A stretch of 64,000 nucleotides of DNA from a virus (IMGVR_UViG_3300027759_000067:1-64000), one strand, 5' to 3'. Shown: positions 10,765 to 21,756, numbered from the stretch's first letter. Numbers and translations: made by a program. The notes: a model not told the origin generated them from the letters alone.

Positions 10765-11331
10765 TTAAACCGCTGCCTCCGTGTTTAATTTTTTTCGAAG
10801 GGCAGTTGCTGCCATTGATTTTCTTCTGGCTTCTGCTACCTCGGGACCATAAATCTCTTCCCAAGTTTTACCCTTCATCTTACCCTTTAAAGTGCTAGTT
10901 CCTCCCTTGTTTGGATGTACTTTGCCCTTCATTGGTCCTCCATCTTTCCTGGTCCACCCTTGATCTGTACCCTTAATTTTTCTAAGAACCCTTGCTGCCT
11001 TTTGTGCTTCACTCATTCTCTTAATACTTTCAGGATGGTGTGTTTTATTTCCGCCGCCATTTCTAATATTAAATCCATTTGTGATACTATTAAATTTGGC
11101 AATATAGATTTCTTCTAAATTATTTAATTCTTCCAGAGTAGATGCATTAGCAATTATATCAAAAGTAAAAGCATCAACTCCGTATTTTTTCAAAGCATTA
11201 TGAAAATGATATGTTTTTGGTGTATGCCTACTATCACAAATATGCTCTAGTCTACGGTGATTAGGATCTTGTATAGTCTGCCCTATATAACATCTACCTG
11301 TTTCTATATGAGTAAATTTGTAAATAACCAT
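10765..11331 (-). mobile_element. Free-standing GIY-YIG homing endonuclease with NUMOD3-like C-terminus
   Basis: 'VIYKFTHIETGRCYIGQT', 'R..EH', 'E..YI', 'GFNI', 'HHPESIKRMSEA'. Inserted between neck and gp15-like genes. Confidence 0.9.
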
Positions 11332-11332
11332 G

Positions 11333-12532
11333 TTATAAATCTGCCCTTGGTTTTAATACTTGACTTAATGCTTGACGCTCCGTTACAACTTCTCCTGCAA
11401 TGGTAGCAGTATTGATATTGTTTATAAAACTTGCTTTGAGTTTTCTTCTTACCAGCAATGGGTTGTCAGTCTGCGTTTCGCCTAACATACTTGTTGTCAT
11501 TCTTACATCATCCTCGTATTTGAGCCAATGTATTCCATCAAATCTAAATAATCTGTTAGGCAAGTAATCTGTTCTTAAGAAAAAATCCCCCAAACCAGGA
11601 GTTACTGGAAACGAAATCCCAAATCCATAAGGAATACCATTAGGCGGAACACCGTTGCCTGTTAGATACCCAATATAATAATTTTTTCCAGGAGTATTCA
11701 ATACAGCAGATGAATCTAAGTATGATGATGTTGCTGTAACATCTGTGTTATCAATTGTAGTATCGGCTACGGATACCAATCCTGTCCCTGTATTACTAAC
11801 TGGCACAACATAAAATTGATCAGTTTTATAACCACTTTTTTCAACATCTGCTTGTGCTTGTTGAATAATCTGATTATTAATTTCTATATTTTTCTTATAT
11901 GATGATAATAAATCACGTAATGTACTACCATCTTCTGCTCCGCTATCTGCATCAAGTATTTCTTTAAATTCTTGACTATCTACTAGTGGTGAACATTTTG
12001 CTCTAACTAAATGTGGATACCAGGTCTGACTATAACCAGAAGCAGGCCGAGTAACTTCAGATACTACGTAGAATCTTCTCAATGCTACAAGGCTATCATC
12101 TAATGCATATTCATCTTTCTGATGTGGTAGTTCAATAACATCACCTGCCATAATTTTTCTACCTAACGCATCAAAACTGCTACGTAAGTGAAAGTTAATC
12201 ATAATATTGTCATTTTGCAAAAATAAACCAAATTGACTTAGATTAAAGTCCAAGTCTGCCATGGTATATATTCCTCGAATAACGTAAATATCTGGGTCAT
12301 AATGACGGTCTCTATTCTCCATGAATAGCAAATCTTGTATACCTAACTCATTGATTGGATTTAAATTATTAGGTTGTGTAGGAGTACTGTTTCCTTCTTC
12401 GGGATTAACAGGACCAAGATATTTGTGTACATATACATCTGTACCTCCAATCTGAAACTGCTCGTTTATAGCACGATCAAGGAATCTGAAGTCACTGCCT
12501 TTTTCCGGTTTGTATAATGATAGTCTTGGCAT
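11333..12532 (-). CDS. Neck / head-closure protein (T4 gp14-like)
   Basis: 'GGTDVYVHKY', 'LSQFGL', 'AGDVIELP'; lies between gp13-like and gp15-like genes. Confidence 0.6.
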   Translation of the reverse strand: MPRLSLYKPEKGSDFRFLDRAINEQFQIGGTDVYVHKYLGPVNPEEGNSTPTQPNNLNPINELGIQDLLFMENRDRHYDPDIYVIRGIYTMADLDFNLSQFGLFLQNDNIMINFHLRSSFDALGRKIMAGDVIELPHQKDEYALDDSLVALRRFYVVSEVTRPASGYSQTWYPHLVRAKCSPLVDSQEFKEILDADSGAEDGSTLRDLLSSYKKNIEINNQIIQQAQADVEKSGYKTDQFYVVPVSNTGTGLVSVADTTIDNTDVTATSSYLDSSAVLNTPGKNYYIGYLTGNGVPPNGIPYGFGISFPVTPGLGDFFLRTDYLPNRLFRFDGIHWLKYEDDVRMTTSMLGETQTDNPLLVRRKLKASFINNINTATIAGEVVTERQALSQVLKPRADL

Positions 12533-12560
12533 AGTATTCTATTTATCGCTAAATATTAGT

Positions 12561-13319
12561 ATGACTGAGAACGAAAACGAACGCCAGAAAATAGTAGAAT
12601 ATGTAAAAGCCATGTTGGGCAGCGGCATGATTGATGTAGAGTTAGATCCTGTACATTACAATACCGCTATTGATAGAGCATTATCTAAATTCCGCCAACG
12701 CAGCAGTAATGCTGTAGAGGAAAGTTTTGGATTTTTAACCCTGCAATTGGATCAAAACGAATACATAATGCCACAGGAAGTTACTAATGTTAGACAAATT
12801 TTCCGTCGTAGTATTGGTAGTAGAACAGGTGGCGGGCAAGGTGGTACACTTTATGAACCATTTAACCTAGCGTATTCTAACACTTATTTGCTAACAAGTA
12901 CAAATATGGGTGGATTAGCCACTTACTATGCGTTTGCTAGTTATCAAAAGTTGGTGGGTAAAATGTTTGGTGGTGAGATTAACTTCACATACAATAAAAC
13001 TACCAAAAAACTCACAGTTATGCAACGTCCTAGAGCCGAAGAAGAAGTTATGTTATGGTTATATAACTATCGCCCAGACTTTAACTTAATACAAGATCAG
13101 TTTGCAGGACAATGGCTTAAAGATTACAGCCTTGCAACCTGTAAAATTATGCTCGGTGAAGCACGTGAAAAGTTTGGTACGATTGCCAGCCCACAGGGTA
13201 GTACAACATTAAATGGCGCGGCTCTCAAATCTGAGGGCAAAGCTGAGATTGAAACGTTAGAACTCGATCTAATCAACTACAAAGACGGCGGTACTCCGCT
13301 TACTTTTGTAATTGGCTAA
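12561..13319 (+). CDS. Neck protein / head-tail adaptor (T4 gp13-like)
   Basis: 'LGSGMIDVELD', 'WLKDYSLA..K..LG..R.KF', 'LNG'. ATG 12561 follows a TAAATA box. Confidence 0.8.
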   Translation: MTENENERQKIVEYVKAMLGSGMIDVELDPVHYNTAIDRALSKFRQRSSNAVEESFGFLTLQLDQNEYIMPQEVTNVRQIFRRSIGSRTGGGQGGTLYEPFNLAYSNTYLLTSTNMGGLATYYAFASYQKLVGKMFGGEINFTYNKTTKKLTVMQRPRAEEEVMLWLYNYRPDFNLIQDQFAGQWLKDYSLATCKIMLGEAREKFGTIASPQGSTTLNGAALKSEGKAEIETLELDLINYKDGGTPLTFVIG

Positions 13320-13376
13320 CAAACTCTTGACATATTAACACAAACGTAGTAAATTATAGTATCACTAAAGGATGCT

Positions 13377-14012
13377 ATGATTATCGGTTTTGTAGGCTTA
13401 ATTGGGTCTGGTAAAGACACCGCTGCTGATTATTTGGTAAATTTTCACGAGTTTCGCAGAGAAAGTTTTGCTGGTACATTAAAAGACGCGGTCAGTATGG
13501 TGTTTGGTTGGGATCGCACCTTACTCGAAGGTCGTACAAAACAAGCCCGTGAATGGCGAGAGCAACGTGATAACTGGTGGAGCAACCGGTTAGGTATGGA
13601 AATTACTCCACGTTGGATTCTACAATGGTGGGGCACAGAAGTTTGTCGTCGTGGATTCCATGATGATATATGGATTGCTAGTTTAGAGAAAAAACTATAT
13701 GACAGCAAAGACGATATTGTTATCAGTGATTGTAGATTTCCTAATGAAATTAAATCAATTAAAGACGCTGGCGGCATTGTTGTAAGAGTTGTACGTGGAC
13801 TAGAGCCCGAGTGGTATGATACAGCCATACAAGCTAATCAAGGTAGTGATCCACACCGCGCCTTATTAGCAGAGCAAGGCATACATCCTAGCGAAACTTC
13901 CTGGATCGGCACTAAGTTTGATGCTGTATTAGATAACAATAAAACTATAGATGATTTGTTTAGTCAGATTAAAAATCTGGTTTCAGATCTCCCTGCCGCC
14001 AAGGCAGTTTGA
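13377..14012 (+). CDS. Deoxynucleoside monophosphate kinase (T4 gp1-like)
   Basis: 'GLIGSGKDT', 'TPRWILQWWGTE', 'ISDCRFPNE', 'HPSE'. Confidence 0.9.
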   Translation: MIIGFVGLIGSGKDTAADYLVNFHEFRRESFAGTLKDAVSMVFGWDRTLLEGRTKQAREWREQRDNWWSNRLGMEITPRWILQWWGTEVCRRGFHDDIWIASLEKKLYDSKDDIVISDCRFPNEIKSIKDAGGIVVRVVRGLEPEWYDTAIQANQGSDPHRALLAEQGIHPSETSWIGTKFDAVLDNNKTIDDLFSQIKNLVSDLPAAKAV

Positions 14013-14304
14013 GTTTATATAATATGCGCTGGCAGTTAGCGCATACTGTCTTTAAATTGGTGTATCTACAATTTGTTAAATTTCCATCAATGTAGAACAC
14101 GTTAAACTGTTCAGGATATTTAGACGTAAAGCCGCATTTATCGCAGGCAGCTTTTTTACTATATCCAGCTTTGGCCCATAGCGGCACACCGTCCTTGCGT
14201 TGACTTGCACAGTGGTCACACTTTGACCTATAGAATGGTCTACCTTCCTTGTAATAATTTATAGCAACAGGTCGTTGCCCACATTCATTGCATAGATCAC
14301 GCAT
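13969..14304 (-). CDS. Zinc-finger / degenerate HNH-like protein
   Basis: Four CxxC pairs and 'IDGNLTNCRYTNLKTVCANC'. Confidence 0.65.
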   Translation of the reverse strand: MRDLCNECGQRPVAINYYKEGRPFYRSKCDHCASQRKDGVPLWAKAGYSKKAACDKCGFTSKYPEQFNVFYIDGNLTNCRYTNLKTVCANCQRILYKLKLPWRQGDLKPDF

Positions 14305-14402
14305 ATTGCGCCCTTTTTGTTGCCCTTTCCTAAGTATTTAACCCTGTGTTTTTTCATATACTAGGTAAATAATTCAAGTAATCCAATTAGGAGATATTAC
14401 AT

Positions 14403-17400
14403 ATGGCAACATTGAATTCACCAGGCGTAAGCGTAACAGTAATCGACGAAAGTTTTTATAACCCAGCGTCACCGGGAACTGTTCCTCTAATATTTGTAGC
14501 GTCTGCACAAGATAAAACAAACGCAAGCGGTACCGTAGCAGCAGGTACTACAGCAGCTAATGCTGGTAAACTATGGTTAATGACCAGTCAACGCGATCTT
14601 GCTGATACATTTGGCGTACCACAATTTTACACTGACGCTAGTCAAAATCCTTTGCACGGAGACGAATTAAACGAATACGGATTGCAGGCCGCTTATAGTG
14701 TGTTAGGCATCAGTAGTCGTGCTTATGTCGTAAGAGCAGATATTAATACATCTAATTTAATCCCGTCGTCTAGTGTTCCAACAGGAAAACCAAATGGTGG
14801 ACAACATTGGATTGACACCGATGCTAGTATGTTTGGTATTAAAGAGTGGAACAATGTTACACTATCATTTACTGATATAACTCCGATTGTGCTTGATGAT
14901 AATACCGACAGCGGATCTTTTAAGAATGGTATTTGGTCTCAAGGGCCCGATCCTACTGTTGGACAAGTTAATAGCTATTGCATAATAATTACCAAAGATA
15001 ATCAAATTCAGTTATGGTTTAAAACAACTGGTATACTTTGGGAGACTGTAATAAGTGGTACAAATAACAAGTTAACAGTAATTAGTCCACATTATCAAGT
15101 ACCTAATTGGACTAGTGGAACTCCAAACAAGAGTGTTTGGGTTGTAACAACTAAAGAAAATAACGGTGCTAATTGGAGTGTAAAACGTTTTAATAGTTCT
15201 TCACAGGGTTGGGATACGCTATCTGCTCCAATTTATCCAAGTCTTCCAGCAGCGATTAAGACACTAGATCCAGTTGGTGGAAAAAATATACCAGTAGGAA
15301 CATTGGCGTTTGAGAGTAATTGGAATAAAAATATAGGCGAAACTGCAAGTTTTAAACTATGGAGACGTGCTGTTACTGGACCATTATCAATCACCAATGA
15401 TGGAACTCCGTACAAAACAAATCTATGGTATGATCGTGCTACTAATTCTCCAGGTGATAATTACCTTAGTACTGCATCTTTTACTATTAGATATACCAAG
15501 GCTAACTCAACAACCTGGAATACATCTACCACATATTATTCTGCGGGAAATATTAGTACTATAATTATAAGACCATCAGCTTATGGTTATAACTCTTCAA
15601 CAAGTATTGCATCATTAATTGCACCAGCAATAACAGCAGCAGGAATACCTGAGATTACAGCCTCATATAATGTGTCCACTGACCAAGTAACAATTACTCA
15701 TTTATTAGGCGGTGATTTTGAACTAACAGATACTTCTCTAAATACTGTATACAATGGAACTGGAAACTATCCTATTACATATTCTGGATTTAGTTCAACT
15801 ACTGATAACGTAATTGATGAGCCTTCTACTGATAGTAATGGTCTAAATACAGTTTTAGCATCAGGTTGGGCACCTTTATCTTTTAAAGCTACTGCCGGAA
15901 CACCTTATACTATTCCAGCAGACGGAACACTATGGTATGATTCTGTACACGACGAAGTAGATATTCTATACCATAATGGTACAACGTGGATTGGATATCG
16001 TAATGCATTTCCAACTACTGATGCTAATGGACCGATCGTGTCAGCTACTGAACCACTTACTCAATCAAATGGTACTACTTCATTGAAGACTGGTGACATT
16101 TGGATTTCTACAGCAAACTTAGAAACATATGGCAAAGACATTTATGTTTATAGCACCACTGCTGGATGGGTAGCACAAGATGTTACTGATCAATCAACAA
16201 GCAACGGTTGGTTATTTGCTGATGTACGTTGGGCCACCACAGGAACATCATTAACTTCTAGCGACATATATGCGTTGATTAGAAGTAATTACTTGGATCC
16301 AGATGCACCAGATCCTGCTATCTATCCAAGAGGAATGCGTCTATGGAATACTCGCCGCAGTGGATTTAATGTTAAGAAATACGTTTCTGGACATATTAAT
16401 ATCCATGCAAATAGTGGATTAAATCCTCGCTATCCATATGGAGCAGGAGAATTAATGGATGCCACCGGAAACGAATACGCAGCAGATCGTTGGGTAAGTC
16501 AACATAATGTTGCAGCCGACGGATCTGGTGTATTTGGACGTCATGCACAAAGAGCACAAATAGTACAAGCATTTAAATCAAGTATAGATACAAATGCAAT
16601 TATTAGAGATACAGATACTGTTAATTTTAATTTAATGGCCACTCCTGGATATTCAGAAGCTATACAAAATATGGTTGCACTTAATGTTGATCGTGGTCAA
16701 ACTGCATTTATCGTCGGTGATACACCGTTCCGTTTACAGCCAACTGGAACAGAGATAAGCAACTGGGGATTAAATACTGCCCAAGCAGTTGACAATGGAG
16801 ATGATGCAGCAGTTACATACGACGAATACCTAGCATTGTACTATCCAAGCGGTTATACAAATGACAATACAGGAAATTATATTGTTGTTCCACCTAGCCA
16901 CATGATGCTACGTACAATCATTAACAGTGATGCTAAGAGCTTCCAATGGTTTGCACCAGCAGGTACACGCCGAGGTGGAGTTGATAATGCTACATCAGTT
17001 GGTTATATCACTGGAGAAGGCGAATTCAAGTCTACTCCACTTTCACAAGGAATACGCGATGTAATGCAAAGTCCTAGCACTAAGGTTGCGATTAATCCAA
17101 TTGCAACATTGGCTGGAGTAGGAATTGTAGCCTACGGTCAACGTACTCGTGCAAAGAATGCAAGTTCATTAGATAGAATTAATGTTGTACGTTTAGTTTG
17201 CTATCTACGTAGACAATTAGATGTTCTTTCAAGACCATTCTTGTTTGAACCTAACGATGCACAGACACGTCGCGAAATTAAAGCAGCAGCAGAAAGTCTA
17301 ATGCTAGAGTTGGTAGGCCAACGTGCATTGTATGACTACGTTGTGGTCTGCGATGAAACTAACAATACCGCTGCGAGAATTGATCGCAATGAGTTATATA

Positions 17401-17492
17401 TGGATATCGCTATTGAGCCTGTTAAAGCAGTTGAGTTTATTTACATTCCTCTAAGACTGAAAAATACTGGTGACATCAAAGCTGGTCTATAA
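14403..17492 (+). CDS. Contractile tail sheath protein (T4 gp18-like)
   Basis: N-terminal 'LNSPGVSVTVIDES'; C-terminal 'WFAPAG..RG', 'LDRINVVRL', 'FEPND', 'VVCDETNNT...IDRN...P..AVEFIY'. Confidence 0.95.
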   Translation: MATLNSPGVSVTVIDESFYNPASPGTVPLIFVASAQDKTNASGTVAAGTTAANAGKLWLMTSQRDLADTFGVPQFYTDASQNPLHGDELNEYGLQAAYSVLGISSRAYVVRADINTSNLIPSSSVPTGKPNGGQHWIDTDASMFGIKEWNNVTLSFTDITPIVLDDNTDSGSFKNGIWSQGPDPTVGQVNSYCIIITKDNQIQLWFKTTGILWETVISGTNNKLTVISPHYQVPNWTSGTPNKSVWVVTTKENNGANWSVKRFNSSSQGWDTLSAPIYPSLPAAIKTLDPVGGKNIPVGTLAFESNWNKNIGETASFKLWRRAVTGPLSITNDGTPYKTNLWYDRATNSPGDNYLSTASFTIRYTKANSTTWNTSTTYYSAGNISTIIIRPSAYGYNSSTSIASLIAPAITAAGIPEITASYNVSTDQVTITHLLGGDFELTDTSLNTVYNGTGNYPITYSGFSSTTDNVIDEPSTDSNGLNTVLASGWAPLSFKATAGTPYTIPADGTLWYDSVHDEVDILYHNGTTWIGYRNAFPTTDANGPIVSATEPLTQSNGTTSLKTGDIWISTANLETYGKDIYVYSTTAGWVAQDVTDQSTSNGWLFADVRWATTGTSLTSSDIYALIRSNYLDPDAPDPAIYPRGMRLWNTRRSGFNVKKYVSGHINIHANSGLNPRYPYGAGELMDATGNEYAADRWVSQHNVAADGSGVFGRHAQRAQIVQAFKSSIDTNAIIRDTDTVNFNLMATPGYSEAIQNMVALNVDRGQTAFIVGDTPFRLQPTGTEISNWGLNTAQAVDNGDDAAVTYDEYLALYYPSGYTNDNTGNYIVVPPSHMMLRTIINSDAKSFQWFAPAGTRRGGVDNATSVGYITGEGEFKSTPLSQGIRDVMQSPSTKVAINPIATLAGVGIVAYGQRTRAKNASSLDRINVVRLVCYLRRQLDVLSRPFLFEPNDAQTRREIKAAAESLMLELVGQRALYDYVVVCDETNNTAARIDRNELYMDIAIEPVKAVEFIYIPLRLKNTGDIKAGL

Positions 17493-17524
17493 TCGGTAAA
17501 TAACATAGAATAAGGAGCATTTAT

Positions 17525-18172
17525 ATGCCAATTGCAAGTTTAAATAGATTTACAGTACCGTTACCGGCTGGTGCAGGCGCAACAACCCAGGGACTGTTAA
17601 TGCCAAAACTATCGTATCGCTTTCGCGTTACGTTAGATCAATTTGGTGTAGGCGGTAAACAAAGCACCGAATTAACTAAACAAGTTATGACTGTAAGCCG
17701 TCCGGATATTACATTTGATGATATGACATTAGATGTTTACAACAGTAGAATTAAATTGTTCGGCAAGCATAAGATCGGCGATGTTAAATTTAAAGTCAGA
17801 GATGATGCCAGCGGTGTTGTTTCTAAGAAAGTTGGCGAACAGATGCAGAAACAGTTTGACTTCTTTGAACAAAGCGGTGCAGCAAGTGCTGTTGATTACA
17901 AATTTAGAATGCGTGTTGAAATTTTAGACGGTGGTAATGGAGCATATGAACCAGTAACACTTGAAAGCTTTGAGTACTTAGGTTGCTATATCAAACAAAT
18001 TACCTATGCAGGTGGAGATTATACTAAGAACGATCCACTAGATATTGATATGACTATATCCGTTGATAATGTAATTCAACTTGAAGCACCAGGCGGAGCC
18101 GCAAGCGGAATTGGACTAGACGTTGGTAGAGTTGTTCGTGAGAATAAGAACCAAGGGCTAGCTACTGGTTAA
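17525..18172 (+). CDS. Tail tube protein (T4 gp19-like)
   Basis: 215-aa ORF directly after the sheath gene; 'PKLSYRFRV', 'VSRP', 'GCYI'. Confidence 0.8.
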   Translation: MPIASLNRFTVPLPAGAGATTQGLLMPKLSYRFRVTLDQFGVGGKQSTELTKQVMTVSRPDITFDDMTLDVYNSRIKLFGKHKIGDVKFKVRDDASGVVSKKVGEQMQKQFDFFEQSGAASAVDYKFRMRVEILDGGNGAYEPVTLESFEYLGCYIKQITYAGGDYTKNDPLDIDMTISVDNVIQLEAPGGAASGIGLDVGRVVRENKNQGLATG

Positions 18173-18193
18173 TAACTATTAACTATAAAGTTG

Positions 18194-18220
18194 AACCTGG
18201 ATTTATCCAGGTTTTTCTTT
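18194..18220 (+). terminator. Rho-independent terminator after the tube gene
   Basis: aacctgga-ttta-tccaggtt stem followed by a T run. Confidence 0.8.
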
Positions 18221-18234
18221 GACTAAATATTAAT

Positions 18235-19395
18235 ATGACTTCACAACATTTTCAAAATTTTGTAACCAACGGAACTGGCAACACAGTTATGAAAGACTTT
18301 CAACATGCAAATAGATTGTATGTTAATAATGGCTTTGCAAGAGCACCCAAAGTTGGATTTTTATATTTTGTAAGATTTAATATTAATAAAGATGCAATAA
18401 TAGACAAAACATGGAATGAAAAGAGTGTCAATAGCGTAGGATTACTGGCTAAAAAAGCAGATCTTCCTAAATTTACAATTGCCACAGAAACAATAAATCA
18501 ATATAATAGAAAAACCATAGTACAAAAGAGTATAAGTTATAGTCCTATTAATATAGATCTACATGACGATAATTCAGATATTACCCACTCACTTTGGGAA
18601 AACTATTACAAACATTATTATGTTGATGGATTTCAATCTCCGGCTGCATATGGTGATACAAAATATGGAGAGAAAGATTACAATTATGGTAGATATGATT
18701 CGTTACATAATCAGGGCAGCCGATCAAATACAAAACCAGTATCTGAAAAGTTCTTTGAGTCAATTGACATTTATGTATTACATCAAAAGAATTTTACCAA
18801 ATACACGTTAGTTAATCCTAAAATCAAAGATTGGAAACACGATCAAGTTGACCAATCATCGGGCAATAAAATGTTACAAAATAGTATGACCGTTGAATAC
18901 GAAAGTGTATTTTATAAAAAAGGTGAACTTAAAAAAACTGGTGACAATTATATGGATTTAACTTACTATGATCAAACACCAAGTCCACACACTATTGGCA
19001 ATGATGGATATGAATATCGTAGAAGCTCTACTGCATTTGATGACCCATTAAAAACACAGACTTTTGGAGTAAAGAATAGACCAGGCGAAGCTGGATTATT
19101 GGCGCAACTTGGAACAACTGTACTTAAAAATTATATAAATCAAAACGGACTTACTAGACAAACATCTACCGCATATAATATTGCAGGTAGTGCTTTAACT
19201 GCTGCGTTAAGTTCGGGCCCAGGCAAATTTGGAGCCGCCGGTCCTGTAAATGACTATGCCGAAACACCGGGTAATCAACCCGGAGTGTTTAACTTGTTTG
19301 GCGGCGTTAAAATTGATTTATTTAAAGGATTTAATGTCAGTGTTGACGGTATTACTAGAGCCAATCCAGCATCACTATTATTTCGTAGAGGTTAA
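18235..19395 (+). CDS. Tube-like baseplate/tail initiator protein (gp54/gp19 superfamily)
   Basis: 'KKADLPKF...NQYNRK...YSPINIDLHDD', 'YTLVNPKI', 'MTVEYE'. Confidence 0.6.
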   Translation: MTSQHFQNFVTNGTGNTVMKDFQHANRLYVNNGFARAPKVGFLYFVRFNINKDAIIDKTWNEKSVNSVGLLAKKADLPKFTIATETINQYNRKTIVQKSISYSPINIDLHDDNSDITHSLWENYYKHYYVDGFQSPAAYGDTKYGEKDYNYGRYDSLHNQGSRSNTKPVSEKFFESIDIYVLHQKNFTKYTLVNPKIKDWKHDQVDQSSGNKMLQNSMTVEYESVFYKKGELKKTGDNYMDLTYYDQTPSPHTIGNDGYEYRRSSTAFDDPLKTQTFGVKNRPGEAGLLAQLGTTVLKNYINQNGLTRQTSTAYNIAGSALTAALSSGPGKFGAAGPVNDYAETPGNQPGVFNLFGGVKIDLFKGFNVSVDGITRANPASLLFRRG

Positions 19396-19862
19396 TGATG
19401 GCAACATATTCTAATTTACCACCAGCTGATATTGCACAAACAAATGCTACGTTGAACGCATTTGATAATTATTATTCACAACCAGTTGAATTAAGTTCAT
19501 CAGTATTAGCAGCAATGAAGGCATACTTTACCAATAGAGGGTTTGGCGAAGTATCTGCAGAGTCTATTTCTATAACCATAATGACACAGGCCAAGCAGGA
19601 TGGTTATAATCCTATGCAAATATTAGACACACTTAAAGGTCTTAACAATCTTCAATTGTCTGGTATAGTGTCAGAAGTATTAAATTATAATAGATTTAAA
19701 TCTAGTAGTTTAGGTTATGCACAAACATTTATATCTAATCCAGAAATACAAAGAACTATCATAGACGGTTATTCTACAACCACACTACCATCCACTATAG
19801 TTACTGATGAGAGTGGAGAATTATTAGCCGACGAGCTTAGAGAATATTTAACAACGGAATAA
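19395..19862 (+). CDS. Hypothetical virion-associated protein
   Basis: 155-aa ORF within the structural operon. Confidence 0.6.
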   Translation: MMATYSNLPPADIAQTNATLNAFDNYYSQPVELSSSVLAAMKAYFTNRGFGEVSAESISITIMTQAKQDGYNPMQILDTLKGLNNLQLSGIVSEVLNYNRFKSSSLGYAQTFISNPEIQRTIIDGYSTTTLPSTIVTDESGELLADELREYLTTE

Positions 19863-19867
19863 TTAAT

Positions 19868-21310
19868 ATGCCAAAAATTACACAAATAACAACTACACCG
19901 ACTATTGCTGACGAATCTACTTTTGTTGTAGTTAATGAAGGTCTTGTACGTAGATATTCTTATCAAGATTTTAAATCCAATCTTTCAATAGTTGGAAACG
20001 GTGGTACACAAGGTACGCAAGGTGCCCAGGGGCCGGACAATAGTACGCAAGGTACGCAAGGTACGCAAGGCCCTTCGGGAATAACAACCTATACAGCAAT
20101 TCTCAATAGTTATGTTGGTAGTACACGAACTGCCGCTGCTAAATTTAGCGAGATACGTAGTGTTAAAGATTTTGGTGCCATAGGTGATGGTGTTACGGAT
20201 GACACTTTGGCAATTCAGAAAACCATTGATGCTTTATCTAACAGCACCAATGGTGGCACGGTATTCTTACCAGCAGGCGCCTACAAGATCACTGACAATC
20301 TTACAATAACATGGCCGTTGGCAACCACTGATCAAGATGTACCTAGCGGCAGAGTTGTCATTAAAGGCGAAGGATCTAGTATATCATTTATCTATGATTA
20401 TCGATCAGATACTATTGCTAATACTCCTGGCAATGGAGCAATTGCTATGACTACAACTGGAACCGGTGGGCAAGGCGCCAGATACTTTACTATGGATATG
20501 GGTGGATTTACTATAATTAAAAAGATTAATGCAACAACGATAGGTGATGTAGGTGGCGAATTAGGCTACACAAATTTAGGAACAGGCGTTGGTCTTAGTT
20601 TAATCGGAATTCCTGGTGGCGGATTATTTCACGACATTCGAATTAGAGGACATTATGCTGGAGTTAAACTAGATGATAGTCTAGGATTATCATTTTCTAA
20701 TATTCAGATTTTTGGAACAAATATTGGTATTCTTGCTGGCATTACTAGTTTTTCCGAACCAACTTCTACTCATTTTTTAAATTGTGCTCTAGTGGCGTGT
20801 AAAGCATTTGGATATATGTTCCAGGGAGGCACAATTAAAATTGACGGCGGATTCCTACAGACCTGTGGCGTTGTCAGCGGCAGTGATCAAGGAATAGCCG
20901 GCGCAATTTATCATAGACAAACAGACTTTTTACCAAACCAATTAAACGTTATTGGTACGTATTTTGAAAATAATCGCGGCGAGGCAGATATATATATTCA
21001 TAACACTGCCACTTCACTTGCTACTGTTGTTAATAATATATCTAATTGTATGTTTGCTCGCCCTGATCACAGTGCTGATCCAGCTCCAATTGTTGGATAT
21101 GTTCAAAATATGATATATGTAAATAATCAAAATAGTGATCCAAATGTAAAGATTATAGTTAATGTTACAGGCTGCGGGTTTAAGAGTTATCCTCCTTATC
21201 CAGCAGATAGTGGACGTAAATATATTAGCACAAGTGGATCTAATATTATTATGAATGCGTCTGCGTTGACTAATTTATACTACGATCCTACAGAAACTCC
21301 AAGTTTTTAA
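19868..21310 (+). CDS. Pectate-lyase-like beta-helix protein (tailspike/depolymerase) with short collagen linker
   Basis: 'SVKDFGAIGDGVTDDTLAIQ...GGTVFLPAGAY' Pectate_lyase_3 motif; GTQ triplets near the N-terminus. Confidence 0.8.
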   Translation: MPKITQITTTPTIADESTFVVVNEGLVRRYSYQDFKSNLSIVGNGGTQGTQGAQGPDNSTQGTQGTQGPSGITTYTAILNSYVGSTRTAAAKFSEIRSVKDFGAIGDGVTDDTLAIQKTIDALSNSTNGGTVFLPAGAYKITDNLTITWPLATTDQDVPSGRVVIKGEGSSISFIYDYRSDTIANTPGNGAIAMTTTGTGGQGARYFTMDMGGFTIIKKINATTIGDVGGELGYTNLGTGVGLSLIGIPGGGLFHDIRIRGHYAGVKLDDSLGLSFSNIQIFGTNIGILAGITSFSEPTSTHFLNCALVACKAFGYMFQGGTIKIDGGFLQTCGVVSGSDQGIAGAIYHRQTDFLPNQLNVIGTYFENNRGEADIYIHNTATSLATVVNNISNCMFARPDHSADPAPIVGYVQNMIYVNNQNSDPNVKIIVNVTGCGFKSYPPYPADSGRKYISTSGSNIIMNASALTNLYYDPTETPSF

Positions 21311-21312
21311 AA

Positions 21313-21756
21313 ATGAGTTTAAAATTTAGTCAGGGTGTCTACCAAGTAAAAAATATTGAAAAATATATTGGCAGTAAACCTCCCTATTGCCGTAGCAGTT
21401 GGGAAACTACATTTTGTATGTTCTGTGATAATAATCCCAGTATACAAGAATGGGCCAGCGAACCTGTAAAGATACCTTATAGAGATCCACTAACGGGCAA
21501 AGCTACAGTATATGTTCCTGATTTCTTAATTTCTTACATTGATAAGCATATGAAAAAACACGCAGAACTTATAGAAATTAAACCTGCCAATCAAATGCTC
21601 AAAGAACGTGTGGGTAAAAATCCCTACAATCAAGCACAGTTTGTTAAGAATCAAGCCAAGTGGGCTGCTGCTGGAAAATGGTGTCAACAGCAGGGAATTA
21701 AGTTTAGAGTCCTCAACGAGCACGATATTTTTTCCAATACTAAAAAATCTAAATAA
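21313..21756 (+). CDS. Head completion nuclease (T4 gp4-like, TnsA-type fold)
   Basis: 'RSSWE..F...CD.NP....WASE...IPY...YVPDF...IEIKP...KWAAA'. Confidence 0.9.
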   Translation: MSLKFSQGVYQVKNIEKYIGSKPPYCRSSWETTFCMFCDNNPSIQEWASEPVKIPYRDPLTGKATVYVPDFLISYIDKHMKKHAELIEIKPANQMLKERVGKNPYNQAQFVKNQAKWAAAGKWCQQQGIKFRVLNEHDIFSNTKKSK

